Origin: Microthyrium microscopicum
Taxonomy: Eukaryota
NCBI GenBank assembly: GCA_010405405.1
Contig: MU004240.1
Location: 386,316 to 450,315 of the forward strand
DNA: 64,000 bases
Direction: 5' to 3'
Shown here: piece by piece, positions 1 to 13,085 of the stretch
How the letters are laid out: every line of letters starts with the position of its first letter
Position numbering within the stretch: the first letter of the stretch is position 1
Notes under the pieces: generated by a model
Seen by the model: the letters and a program-made list of their open reading frames with translations, nothing else
Told to the model about the DNA's origin: nothing
Databases searched by the model: none
Made by a program: the position numbers and the translations under genes

Positions 1-677
1 CTCTGCACCGAAGCCGCCAACAGCTTCCCCACACTAAAAACACCCGTTAGCATCACAACCTTCCAGGACACAGCAGATGATACTTACTCAACCATACTAG
101 TCAAGCTAACCTTTCCACTACCATCACCTTCCAAAGTCGCCGTCTTCGCAACAGCATCATACCCACCCGCCCTTAAATCCCCACCAGCTTTAAGCCCAAT
201 AAACGTATCCGCATACGGCCCCGTCACCAAATACCGCACCTGCAGCCTCTTCACATTCTCCCTCACATACTTCCTCACCCGCAACTTCGCCTGATGCGTC
301 GGCTCATCTCTACTCGTCTCATCATATTCGATATCAGTCCCAAACTCACTCGGCCAAAACCACTTGACATTCAGCGTCCGCTCAGCGATTTCCAAAAGCT
401 GGATCTGCAGATCTATCCCCGGTCGTCCGAGCGCGCAGACAATCGTGTCGATTCCTTGGAATGCGCGTTCAATGTCGGTGGCGGATGTGACATCGGCGAC
501 GACGATTTTGATTCCTTGGGCCGCGAGGTTGTCGAGGATGGGCTTTTTGGAGACGGAGGAGGCGGATGAGGTTAGGATGCTGAGGGAGAAGTCGCCTGTG
601 GCTTGGAGGCTGGTGGTGATGGGTTGGCCGATTAGGCCGGTTGCGCCGATGATGAGGATGTGTTTGGGGGTGGACAT
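1..677 (-). CDS. NmrA-like / isoflavone-reductase-family NAD(P)-binding protein, 3' end runs off the window (exon 677-88, intron 87-34, exon 33-<1)
   Basis: Rossmann motif ILIIGATGLIG and WPSEFGTD motif. GTAAGT donor at 87, CTAAC branch and TAG acceptor at 34; splicing restores ...MVDVGKLLAA. Confidence 0.9.
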
Positions 678-2178
678 TACTGTGGATGGTTGGCAGATTC
701 TAGGGGGTAAATTTCTGATTCCTGGCTCTGTGGCGGGATGTTGTTCTTGGCGGATGTTGATATTGGATAAGAGACGTTGGATTTTGCTAAGGTTGGTGAG
801 ATATGGTCACTGGTAAGGTCGAGGGGGATGGCGAGACCGAGGTTACAGGTTATGTACCGTAGCTTATCTTCTTTGTGCAGGTTTAGCTAAAATATTGAGA
901 AAGGGACTCAATACTGTAGAGATATATCACCAATCACAATCATAGAAGGAGCTTTCATATATGAGGAAAAGGGATCATTAGCTTACAAGAAAGCTTCACA
1001 CAATTAGTAAGCCTCAAAGTTGAAGTCTTAAATAGGATTAGCTAAACTTGTATAAAGAAGATAAGCTACGGTATGAGATTGCGTGGATCTCCGTTGAAAT
1101 GTTAGTAGGTATCCCAATATTGACGAGATGGAGAAATCTGAGAGTAAGGAAAACGTTGTTTGCGAAGTCAGAGTGAGAAAGTGAGATTGCGATCCATTCC
1201 ATTGGGATTTTGGTTTCTCAATTGGCACGAATCATGATGATCCTAGATATCATTCGGACATGATTAACGCAAAGACTACCGTAGTAACAAGATTATGTAC
1301 ACCGTTAAAGGATCAGTTATATTGCTCAGAGATAGTATGTATAGACATTCGTCATAAGTTCACGTCAAACTGTTAGAGAAATGATGCGTCAGTACACAAT
1401 AGACTCTAGATGGAATTCCCTATAAACTTCGATTGATGGTGTCACGGACTGGATGTCAGAGCATTATCTAAACGCATTGAAAATGAAAACTACCATCTAC
1501 GGGAATAACCATCTTGTCAGCAGAGCAAGGATGTACCACCAGATGCCAGGAACACAAAAACGGAATGTCGGTAGATGGGCCAAGCCCAAGGCGAAGGCAG
1601 TCATCTTGCATACTTAGATGTCAGTATTTTCATATTGATTCATGTACTACTACTACCAGTCTTGGAAGTGTTCGACATGTAGACTAATAATGTCGGCATT
1701 GAAAAGTTTGCATGATGCTTCGTGCAAGAGCAATGAATATAGCTTATTAGTCTTACTTGAATATATATTCCATATCTGACTTATCGACTAGGTGTTGTGA
1801 TAAGCTGCCAAGGAGATGTTAAACTTCCAAGCATATGAGCAAAGTCAAATCGTAATCTGTAGCATGAACACCCTTCTCCAGTCCATTGCCATGGATCTTC
1901 GCCTAGAACAGCTAATACAAAACAAAAAAGACCTTGAGTATATACCCACGCGACCACAGAATGATACAGAAAACAGTCGTGACCATAAGATGGAAGAATG
2001 ATCACAAATTCGATAGTAACGCTAACTGCCACACCCTGTTCCTCGATTCATTACAGCCAATTGTATCGGTGTCGCATGTTGACATCCCTGGACAATTCCT
2101 TCTAAGAATTGCTATCATCAGTGGTATTGCCAACTGGTTCTGGAGTCCGAGTTTAGAGAGTGATCCGGAAAAACACAA

Positions 2179-3219
2179 TCAGGCGAGCTCACCATCATCG
2201 ACCTTATCGACTCCTTCGTTTTCGCCCTGGCCAATCTCGGTTGCCTGTTGAGCAGCTTCTATAGCAGCAGCTTGGAGTTGATTTTCAATGTTGTTCATAT
2301 TGTTCATCTGGTTCAGACTCTCTGCTGATTGCTCTGCCGCGGCGGCCGCAGCTGCAGCTGCAGCCGCCGCCGCCGTAACTCGTTGAGATGGCCGCGAGAG
2401 ATCCACAGGCGCCGGAGGGAATTCGCCATGTCCAGACTCGAGAAGTCTAGATTGTAGCGTTATGATGTACTCGCGTAATACCAAGTTCTCATTCTCGAGG
2501 TTCTTATAGCTCGTCGCCATGGCCTCATAGTTTGCAACTTGAGTTTTCAGTGAGTTGATGTATTGTTCTTTGCGCTGTCGAAAGGCGCGCTGTGGTTTGT
2601 GTTAGACATGTAATCGATTGATGCCGCGACTTCCGGAGAGGAAATTCGAGGTCGTGAGCGAGCAGTGATAGAAAAAGACTTACTTGCGCAGCACGATTTT
2701 GAGCAGCTCGTTTACTAGTTGAAAGTTCGCGACGACCCTTTCGAACATCTGGGTTCTGTGGCTCCATGCCCGGGGTAATCGGACTCGTGGAGAAGGGCGA
2801 AGGCGCAATCTGTGGATCAATGTGGTGATGCGCTTCGTGTGTTGGAGTTGCTTGAAGCTCTACACCAGAGGTAGTAGCAGCCTGCTGGGCAGCGAGAAGA
2901 TGATCTCTTAAACCTTGATAATATGATCATTAGTAACAAAACATTTCCAAGAATATGGTATATAAGGCCTGCATAATACAGATCCCAAGATGATTTCAAG
3001 GAAAGGGTGGTGAGCAAAGGCAATAAAAAGCGGACTAGTGAGATCCAGCCGCGCTGTACGGAGGACGGTTGGATGCATGCTTTCCCCGGGATTACTACTC
3101 ACTCATTGCTGCGGAGGTTTCCTGGTGGGCGGAGGCGTTAGTCAGATTAATGGCAAAACAGCTCAGACGATAGTAGCTTGCATTACCTCGATTGGGGTGG
3201 GCCGAAGGGTGGTATACAT
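2179..3219 (-). CDS. kapC: bZIP transcription factor, KapC-like (exons 3219-3187, 3121-3103, 2913-2684, 2589-2179)
   Basis: Spliced basic region RELSTSKRAAQNRAAQ|RAFRQRKEQYI followed by a leucine zipper and LREYIITLQSRLLES. N-terminal LRDHLLAAQ and HIDPQI motifs. Canonical splice signals keep the frame. Confidence 0.8.
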
Positions 3220-4705
3220 TTCACGGCAGGCTGGGCTGCTGCGATGACCTCGGGGTCCTGAGGACAGTGAAGGTCAGCATCATTTCCACACAGAATGAAT
3301 AAATTAGAAAGCCCAAAGCTCATAGACTTGCACGATGTGCAGGACCAACGTAGTCATGAGCGAGAATAGAAGTTGTCAGGGCAGCTCAGTAGATGATGGG
3401 CAGTCAACAGGCGTGGTTCGCATAGCTGGTGAGGGCGATGGACGAGTAAGAGAATGATGACTTACCAGTACTCTAAGAGGTGTTGGTAACGTTTGACTAA
3501 GGCTCAGGACGCGGGAAATGGGTTATCTAAGTAAGATCGGGTTTTTGGCTGCAGACGTTAAAATGGGCACGAGGGTCCTCGGAGGCTGGGCGCGCTAAGA
3601 GATCGGGTAATCTTCGGTCCAGGTAAAGGTCGCCGCTCAGCAAGGCTCCTGCCCAATGATAGCAGTCAAGTATCAGCCTTGAAACTACACAGACCGTAAC
3701 TTTGGTAGACCGTAGAGAGCTTGTTGAGATTCCGTTCCGTAACTTTGGTTGCACTTTCTCCGCTTGTAATCGGCTCTTTCCGCCGCTGAAATCAGCATCA
3801 ATATCTACCAACACCAACACATGGATACCGCCCCCATACAGTAATTCCCCAATATCGACATCAAGAACCTGTGCACCACATCTATTACAGTAGCTGTGCC
3901 AAGCGCCTTATATCCGCCAGTCGAATTAGTATTAGATTCCGGTCCATGTCAGACGCGCGAAAAGCATGCAAGTCCGCTGCATGTTGACAAATCATCGATC
4001 AGTAAGCAATTACTCCATAGATATCATCATTTTCGTGACCACTAGCTCCAAACACGACGATGCATGAAAGCAGTAGTAGTAAGGCACCAAAGGCAAGTTC
4101 GCGTCGACAAACTGTTTACGTTCATGCTTCTTCTTTACTTTTTCTAATACACATTTGATGGTATCACGCCGACTCAGCTTCTTACACAAATATGTGAACA
4201 GCTGACTAGAGAAAAGAATTGGTCTGCCTAAGCACAGTAATCTCTATTTCGTAGAGCAATGTAAATCGGATATACTACAATCACCATCATCCAGCACTCT
4301 CATAAAAAACCAGTAAACCTAGCGCCGGACCATCAACAAAACACTCCTCTAACCCTTTACAAATGCAACAACGTAGCCAAGCAAACCTTCAAAGACAAGA
4401 AACTGTAACTCTTCAGAGTCCCACTCTGCAAACCGTCAAGATGGGGAGAAGACCAACCTCACAGCCACTCGTGCAAGACTAAAAACCCCGGACGGCGTGC
4501 CATTGAAAAGTATGTATGTAGATCGAATAGCAGCTCACAAGACGCAAGTTACGATCTGGCACGGAAACCACCAAAAGCGTCTTGTCGAAAAAAGAAAAGT
4601 ATTACGTGTAGTCTGATCAAACGGCAACCTCGTCTCTGACCATGCCGAAATTTCATCATCTAAGCAGTCATCGTCTTTCCAATGACATACTCGTACAACA
4701 CCCAT

Positions 4706-5548
<843 letters not shown>

Positions 5549-6257
5549 GACGAGATAGATTTGGTGTGAGGTGAGGGTTGGGGATGAAATATGGTCCTGT
5601 ATTGGGACAGGAGGGGGTTACGGTAGTGGCGATTGGAAGCGGTCTGGACTAGCTTGAGGCCGGCGGGAGAAGAAGGATAGAGGGATAACAACACTCAGAT
5701 GAGTTGGAGGGGAAATAGGAGCTTGGATATGGACAGTTCGGAGTCTTTCGGTGTTGCAGAAGTTGTTGAGTGAAAGTTGAGATGTTTCTTGGGAAGCCGT
5801 AACCTTTGGATGACGGCAAACACTGACCAAGAGACACTGAACTCGGGACTGGGCACAGGGCCTCACATGCTGGGCCGTGCCAAGATCTAGCAAGAGCACG
5901 GGCCGTGGTCGGTAACCGCCTGCTAGATCTTCTGTAGAAAGGCAAGCGCGGCCTCATCAAATGAAAGACTTGATTTCCCCTGAATCAGCACTACCGGTAA
6001 GTTTGATTTATGAGGCTCAAGGAGGTGCATCTGATCAGTATATTCGTGTTTTCTCAAGACAAACAATTTATCGCTACAGAGATAGAGTCTCAGAGCATCA
6101 GGTATCAAAGATCATATCTACAGCTACAAGCCTACAAGTCATTATTGCTACAATACTAATGTATACTATGCTTTACTATGTATTCAAAGTGTCATGATGC
6201 AATTCGCTTTTCAACATGCCAACTCCAAGCTGTCATAACAAATACCATCATGAACAA

Positions 6258-8346
6258 TCAGAACCATCTCGCGTATCCCCACTTCATTCTTCGAACCACC
6301 TTTTGCTGTCGTTCCAATCCAATCTGCATCTGAGTCAACTCCTCGAGGTCGATCAGAAATTCGCGGAACTCTTTGGCGGGAAAAGTAGTTTTGGCGGTCT
6401 GTCGTAGGATATGAGATTCACACAACAGTAAACCGTAGTCCTTGTAGAAAAGAGCCCCTTCCTTTGATGGTTGAGCCGCAGTAAGTATTCGATCAATGTT
6501 GCGAAGAACGCCGAGCATACGACCTTTCTTGCGACCGAGTGCTGAGCCTTTGCGGTTGATGAATGTGCCATTGACCCAGCTGAGGAGGAAGTATACCACC
6601 AGCACTCCTGGTGTTAAGCCCACAAATCTAATAACAGTTAGAGTTCAAGTTAGACAGCAAAGTGGGAGATAAAATACCCAAAGACCAACTCCTGGCTCTT
6701 CAATAGTGAATCTATACCACCCATAGCCACTTCCACATCAACTTTGGTTTTTTGGATTTGTATCAGAAGTGTTCTGACCAAATTGCCTTTCAGTGCGCCC
6801 ATAATAGGTTTTTGTATGTCCTTTTCGTAAGCCTTGAGTACAGGTGTGAGATCGCCTTCTCTTATCTTCATCTTCACATCGCTCAGTTCCGTATCGCTCA
6901 TGCTGCTATTACCTTCCTTGACAAAGTCAACGACCATGCGCTCCAGGCTCTCACGATCTCCCTCCAGACTGCGCTTGCTCATGATGGCTACTTCGCTGCC
7001 CTCGTCGTGGCGGATAGTCCCGATTATCTTGCGAGTTGGCTCCACGACCCAGTTCGTCCAGAAATCGCGTACAGTTGAGCCAAATTCTTGCACCCATGTC
7101 ATAATCTCGGCTCTGCGGTTGACAAAGATGCGTAGCAGAGTGCTCGAAAATAAGACCAAAACCGTAGCTGGGAGCCAGTATCTCAGCACCCTTGATGGTC
7201 GGCCGAATTGTGCTAAGCGCGTCTGAAATGTGTTTGTGTACCGGGGAAGGTTGCCATTGAGTAGAGTCTGAAGCCTGAACGACACTTCGCTTGGCCGGAT
7301 ATCACCAGGAGAGTATCCATTATCCAAGTTCGCTATCCACGAGTCCCCTTGAGCTGACGACGAGACGTTATCCTCGAAAGTATCCACATCCACATCTGCT
7401 GAAGAGATCTGAGACAAAACCGACTCCATGAGAATGATACTTTTTGCGACATGATCGCGACGGCTGGCAATCACAAGAGACGAGCCACCCGATGCACCCG
7501 TATGATAAGCCGCGTCTTCAATGCCATCCAGTCCTTCGCCCAGCAGTACACCGAGCGCATTCGAGTTGACTTCCTTCAAACGAGTGATCTCCTTCATTTT
7601 TGCGCGCGCTTCATTCCTCACTTGTGCTAGTGGACCCACCACTTTTGACTGTAGATTTGCTACGCTGTGATCTCTGACGACGTCGCGAATCAGCCCGTAG
7701 AATTGTCTCCAACCCTTGCTTAAACCGTCTTTCTGCCGTACGTCGAGAATAATGCTTTGTGTCCAGCTCCATAGCCGTAGTGGTGAGGTTTGCAGTGAGT
7801 ATACACCAGCCCAGCGTTGCGAGTTCAGAATATCATCCCAGTACCACGAATGGTCGTTGAGCTCTAGTGTTTGTTCCAGAATAGTGTTCAGCACCTGGCC
7901 GTATGTTTGCGCCGTAGCTTTGCAAAGCAATAACCATTCCAGTTGGTGTTCATAAGTAGCCTGCGCTTCATCCTCAACAACATATATTTCCGTAGATGAT
8001 GAGCTGTCATCATCCTTTTGGCAGGTTTGACATGATGCAGAGAGGTTGGCATCTGCCAAAGCCTGAGTAATTTTGTAAGAGGAAGCAAGGGCGCTGCGAG
8101 AGTCTGCGGTCGTAGACAGACTTTTTATTACGCGTTGGAGATCGAGGATACGTGGGAGTGCGGATGCTGTGATTGAATTACGAGGTTGGTCGGCGGTGTT
8201 TTCAGCTTCAAACGTGGAGCTGGCAGTAGAGCGATCAAAGGCTATTCGATCTAGATGGTCGTCTATTCGACGAACTTGACTATGGACTGTTAGAATCAAG
8301 AGACTCAATAGATTTCGAAGGGTTCGTACTCGACGACAAAAGACAT
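6258..8346 (-). CDS. NCA2: Nuclear control of ATPase protein 2 (mitochondrial Nca2 family); short first exon, intron 6677-6628
   Basis: Motifs YWLPATV, NWVVEP, GDLTPVLKAYE, LLIQIQKTKVDVEVAMGGIDSLLKSQELVFG|FVGLTPG and YGLLLCE. First exon MSFVVD followed by a GTACGA donor. Confidence 0.9.
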
Positions 8347-8580
8347 GGTTCCGTTGAAGCGGAAATGGGATCCGGTGGAAGCTTCCTCGAGCTTGAGAAA
8401 CCTAGGCGGATGGTTTAGATGAAGTTGACAACCATTCCAGGCGTTTCCGGGGGTGATTGGAAGCGCGTTGAGTCAACGATCACATTAGACAGAACTGAAC
8501 AGACCAATCCTTGATTTGCGCATACTTTCATTAAGGCGGAAGTTCTAAAAAGCTCCACTCTTCCTTCTACAAAATGGAAA

Positions 8581-8593
8581 TGACGTCACGTGA
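8581..8593. promoter_or_regulatory. Overlapping CRE (TGACGTCA) and E-box (TCACGTGA) palindromes upstream of NCA2
   Basis: Sequence tgacgtcacgtga about 235 bp upstream of the NCA2 ATG. Confidence 0.45.
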
Positions 8594-8957
8594 AGTTCGC
8601 GAGCTTCAATGTTCAAACAGGTTGAAGACTTGCTCTTGAGCAACATATCATGCTAAGAGTCCGATCCTTCTTGAGGCTGTCCCATGATTTACGAACAGTG
8701 AATGAGTTACTAGTAATAGTACGCGGGAATATGCACGATGCGGTGTAATTCAAATCATATTGCTCTAAGGCTTTCAACAAAGCACTCATCGTGCGTGCTA
8801 TAAACCAACCCACAATTGTCTAGCTTTTGTGACCCCAAAACGTCGCCAATGTCCATGTTCCGAGACTTCCATTAATATCGGCCACCATTCTTGTAATCCA
8901 GTTAGTCGGTGTCAGGCCAGCGATCCGTTAACCAACAACTTCATCACTGCAGACATC

Positions 8958-10856
8958 TCAATCATATAGCATCTCACTATAATCAAGCAAGCTTGAGCTA
9001 GCAACATAAGAGAAGCCACCGAAAGGATCAGTGCTCGTGTCCATGGCATCTTCATCGAAAGGAGCAATGCTCTTTCTAGAAATGCGAGGACTCAGAGGTT
9101 GATCTGTAAAATCGGAAGAGAAATTCTCAGCTAATTCCGGGCTGGTAATTAGTGGCTTGATGGGAGGATCCATTTCTCGTTTTGCAAGCTTGTTCCAGTC
9201 AATCTTCTTGAAAAATCGATGGCTCTTGAGGGTTTTCATATCCTTCGGCATGTTTGAGCCCAATCTCTTCTTTGGCTCTTTGCGGAGGAGACGCGTCAGG
9301 AGATCCTTTGCGTCGGGGCCGAGGAAGTAGGGAAGCTGGAGTTTCGAGCGAACAATCTTCTCTTGAGTCTTCGCGTGGTTATTTCCAGAGAATGGAGGAG
9401 ATCCAGTCAAGAGATCGAAGCCCATAGCTCCAAGTGACCACCAATCCACTGCCATGCCGTATGTATGACCCTGGATTATTTCGGGCGCCATGTATTCGAT
9501 AGTCCCCAGAAAAGACTTGCACCGATCCGCATCGTCAGTAGCAACTTTGGAGAGGCCAAAATCTGTCAAAAGCAGGTGACCTTCCGAGTCCAGAAGACAG
9601 TTCTCGGGCTTTAGATCGCGGTAGACAACTCCCACAGTGTGATGCAAGTGCTCCAGGGCCAAGACCATCTCTGCCATATAGAATGCTGCGGTTTCTTCGG
9701 GGAACATGCGCTCCATGGATAAATGATGGAACAGCTCGCCACCCTGCGCATATTCCAGAATCAAATATAGCTTCTCGTGATCTTGAAAAGCATAGAACAG
9801 TTTGACAACAAACGGGTGTCGGCTCACGCTTTCAAGAATTGTACGTTCGGTCTTGGTTTGTTCGACAAGTTTCTTGCGTACGACCAATGAAGCCTTTTTC
9901 AATTGTTTCTGCGCAAACAGGCGACCGGATTCGCGCTGTCTCACAAGAATGACGGTTCCGTACGTTCCTTTGCCCAGACAAGTTAAGGTTTCGAAATCAT
10001 CAGCACACATTTTGCGGCAAATGCTTTGTTGGGGGACATTTCCAGGGAAAGGAACGGGTGTCGTAGCCAAAACCTCGGAATTAACAAAGTCGTCTCGAAG
10101 TTGGACTTCATAGTTGTCCATTTCCGTGCTCTCACTTCCTTCAGACGTCCGGCTACCATTGGTACTAGTTCGCTGCATGCTGATAGATCGCAAACTTGGA
10201 GAATGGTTCAGGCTGAGAGTCTCCAACTTTAGCTTCAGATTGCCAATGCCAGAAGAAGGAGTTGCAGGGCGGATGCTCGGGCTACTAGTCACGCTACTTA
10301 GGTTCCGACGCATTGGACCTAGAACTGGGGTACTAGCACCAGACATGTCCGACTCTTCTGCTCCAGAAGCCAACATTGGAGGGGTCTCAAAGCCACGAAT
10401 AGTATAAGTGGCTGAAGGAACCTCTCTCATGTCCCGCTTGCGAGCCTTCTTTAGTGCCCGGCGTCGCACCTTGTCAATATCTATTTTAGCGGGTCCGTCA
10501 TCCTCTTTGATAGGCGCTCGTCTATGAGGGGATGGCGAGGCAATTCGAATGGGAGAAGCTGTCGCACTGTTGAGACGGTCTCGTGGGATCGCATCTTTCC
10601 GGCGGCCGTGTTCTGGCTGGATTTGGCGCCACGACAATGGCGCGTAGAGCAATTCTTGGGCAGTGACGTGCGCGCATATGGGAAGAAGCTCTCCAGTTTG
10701 TGGGTTCCGATTTGGTTGAGCGCCAAAGGCCTCAGGAAAATGTCGGCGAAGGTCAACCCAGCGGCGTCCTGTCTGAGAGTCGCAGTCTGGAGCCGCAATT
10801 GCAGTCCAATCGTAGGGCGCGTCAGGAGGGTAGCGATACCCGGCTGCAGGTGCCAT
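8958..10856 (-). CDS. psk1: AGC Ser/Thr kinase, S6K-like (Psk1/Ypk3 type)
   Basis: GKGTYG, FAQKQLKK, YRDLKPEN, DFG, GTIEYMAPE; hydrophobic motif FGGFSY at the C-terminus. First in-frame ATG is at 10856; the frame is open further upstream (see findings). Confidence 0.88.
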   Translation of the reverse strand: MAPAAGYRYPPDAPYDWTAIAAPDCDSQTGRRWVDLRRHFPEAFGAQPNRNPQTGELLPICAHVTAQELLYAPLSWRQIQPEHGRRKDAIPRDRLNSATASPIRIASPSPHRRAPIKEDDGPAKIDIDKVRRRALKKARKRDMREVPSATYTIRGFETPPMLASGAEESDMSGASTPVLGPMRRNLSSVTSSPSIRPATPSSGIGNLKLKLETLSLNHSPSLRSISMQRTSTNGSRTSEGSESTEMDNYEVQLRDDFVNSEVLATTPVPFPGNVPQQSICRKMCADDFETLTCLGKGTYGTVILVRQRESGRLFAQKQLKKASLVVRKKLVEQTKTERTILESVSRHPFVVKLFYAFQDHEKLYLILEYAQGGELFHHLSMERMFPEETAAFYMAEMVLALEHLHHTVGVVYRDLKPENCLLDSEGHLLLTDFGLSKVATDDADRCKSFLGTIEYMAPEIIQGHTYGMAVDWWSLGAMGFDLLTGSPPFSGNNHAKTQEKIVRSKLQLPYFLGPDAKDLLTRLLRKEPKKRLGSNMPKDMKTLKSHRFFKKIDWNKLAKREMDPPIKPLITSPELAENFSSDFTDQPLSPRISRKSIAPFDEDAMDTSTDPFGGFSYVASSSLLDYSEMLYD

Positions 10857-11761
10857 GATGTGAGATGGAGCCCTTTTCGGTTCTGTATCAATTTGTATAG
10901 GCGTTGGAGCGTTGTGCGTGCGCACAGCGGTCGGATGAGTCGTGCTCTATCGACTCATGGAAGTAATTCAGCGCTGTGACTGACAACGCGACACTTGGAC
11001 GAAGCTCGTAGCAACGCCTTCAGAGTGCGATTTACCGTCCGCCCGTTCACGGCGGACCTCGAAGTCCTAGCGAGCCAAGAGCACCGAAAATATTATAAGA
11101 AGCAGAAGAGCGCGAGGTATTCGACGAGTAGCTGACCGAGAGCTGAGGTGAGAAATGGAAGGTAGATTGTACGACGGTAGAGCCCATAGATGAAGATGGG
11201 TAGACTAAAATTTTGTAGTATGAATGCCAGATGATCAGATCTGGCGTATAATAGTTTAAAAAGGGATTGGCAGGTTGTTGGTTAAGAGTTGAGGGTGAAG
11301 GAGGATAGGAAAGTGAAGAGTGAGACTGAAAAGGTAGGTTGCCCAATTTTGGCAGCAGCGACCATCCGTTTGCAGGGGCCGCAGGGCATGGCAGGTGGTG
11401 GCTTCACTGTTCCTTGGCTGGCAGCTGCCAGGGTTAAACCAGACAAGCACAACCAACCAATCGTCGCTTACCGTTTTGGCACTCAAAGGATCATGAGCAC
11501 AGACCATTGCTATTTTGCTCCCTCATCTCCAATAATTGCTGCAAAGTCATTTCATAAATTCGTTGATTGCTACTTTAAGAAGCCTGAATACTCATTAGGA
11601 AAAATAAACCACGTCCATGTCGTTGTTTGCCCAGCCAGGTATTTGTCCTCCTACTCCGCATGTACACTTTATGGATATCCAATACCGCTTTCAAAACACA
11701 TGTTCAGCTCGCAAGTCATACTAAACCAAAACCCACAATCCCGAGGCAGCTAGCTAGTAGC

Positions 11762-13085
11762 TTACTTGTGTTCTTCCTTTGGAGCGGGCAGAGGCACCTG
11801 AGATTGAGATGGCGTTTGCTGATTGAGTGCTGCTTCAAGTCGCTCAACTTCCGGATTTCGTTCTGACACATCTTCTACCACAAGACTTTCCTCCATATCA
11901 GAGGCGCTAACATCTGACTCTTCGCCTGGAACCTTTTCTTTTCCTAGACGCGTCTCCTTGCCGCGCTTGTGACAGTACCAGAGAACGAAGAGTAGTACTG
12001 CTCTGGAATTAGTCACATATCTCATGACGATACAATGTGGAACTTACTGAAGACAGCCAAGCTGAGTAGAACATTGGTTCCAGATATCAAGGCGGGGAAT
12101 CTCAATTTCAAGAAATTCAAGATGCTCTTCAAGATTGCAGCGATTGTGTCGGTTTTGACCAAGTTCTTGAGGGCAGGGATATTTCGTTTGCTAAATCGTG
12201 GCTTTGAACTGCTGGATGCTGAAGCATTTTGAGCATCAAAACCTGGCTTTTCAGCCGCTGCAGCGAGCAGACCTGGGGCGATAGTACCCGTAAACTTCGC
12301 CGGCAGGGTCTTAACTAGATTTTGAAGGAACGGTGGTAAATTGCCGTACATGTCTTTGACTTGCTTGTCAGACCGAGTGAGGAACTTCTCCAAGTCGTCG
12401 TATGCAGTTGGCACGCCATTGATGATATCTTTCAGGATCTGTGTAAATTCGTCAAACAAGCGCTGCGATTCCTTGGAAAAGGAAAATGCTCGATTGTTGA
12501 CAGCAGATAGATTCAGTTGATCAAGTAGGTTGTTCATGTCCTGCTTCTCTTGCTCCGCTTGTTCTGGTGTGACTCCTGGCGCAAGGCTATCGCCAGACTT
12601 GACGGCGTTGGCAACAGTTTGTAAGTCCGTTCCAGCTTGTTTTCGTGAACTGTCCTATTCATTATTAGAAGCTAGTCGCAGCGATATCAGGCGGAAAATA
12701 ATCGTACCTTTCCAAATGGAACAAACGGAACACGCTTCTGGATCATGGAAAGATATGATTGTCTTCTGGACTTGTCTTTCTTGGGGTCTTTTGCATCTTT
12801 CACATCTGCGGGAGATTTCGCGGCTTCGTCCAAAGGATTGGCAGCAGTTGCGGTATTGGCATCAGGTGAAGTTGGAAGCGGAACTTTATCGGCGCCATCC
12901 ATCAATCTTTCCTGCGCATTGGTGCTCTTGTTGCCTTCGAATAGGACAACTTCTGAGGGTGGCAATTGGGCCTCACCAACCAGGCGTTCGAGGAATTGCT
13001 CGTCTTCACTCGTGAGGACTGGCGACTTGACTCCTTTCTCAGCCTTTGCGGTCTCCTTCTTTCTCTGTAGGAATTCAAGCACCAT
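11762..13085 (-). CDS. Conserved fungal hypothetical protein with a C-terminal TM helix (exons 13085-12708, 12654-12048, about 11997-11762)
   Basis: Three ORFs joined by GT-AG introns. Motifs LNLSAVNNRAFSFS, KDIINGVPTAYDDL and LSLAVF|ILLFVLWYCHKRGKETRL. Confidence 0.8.
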
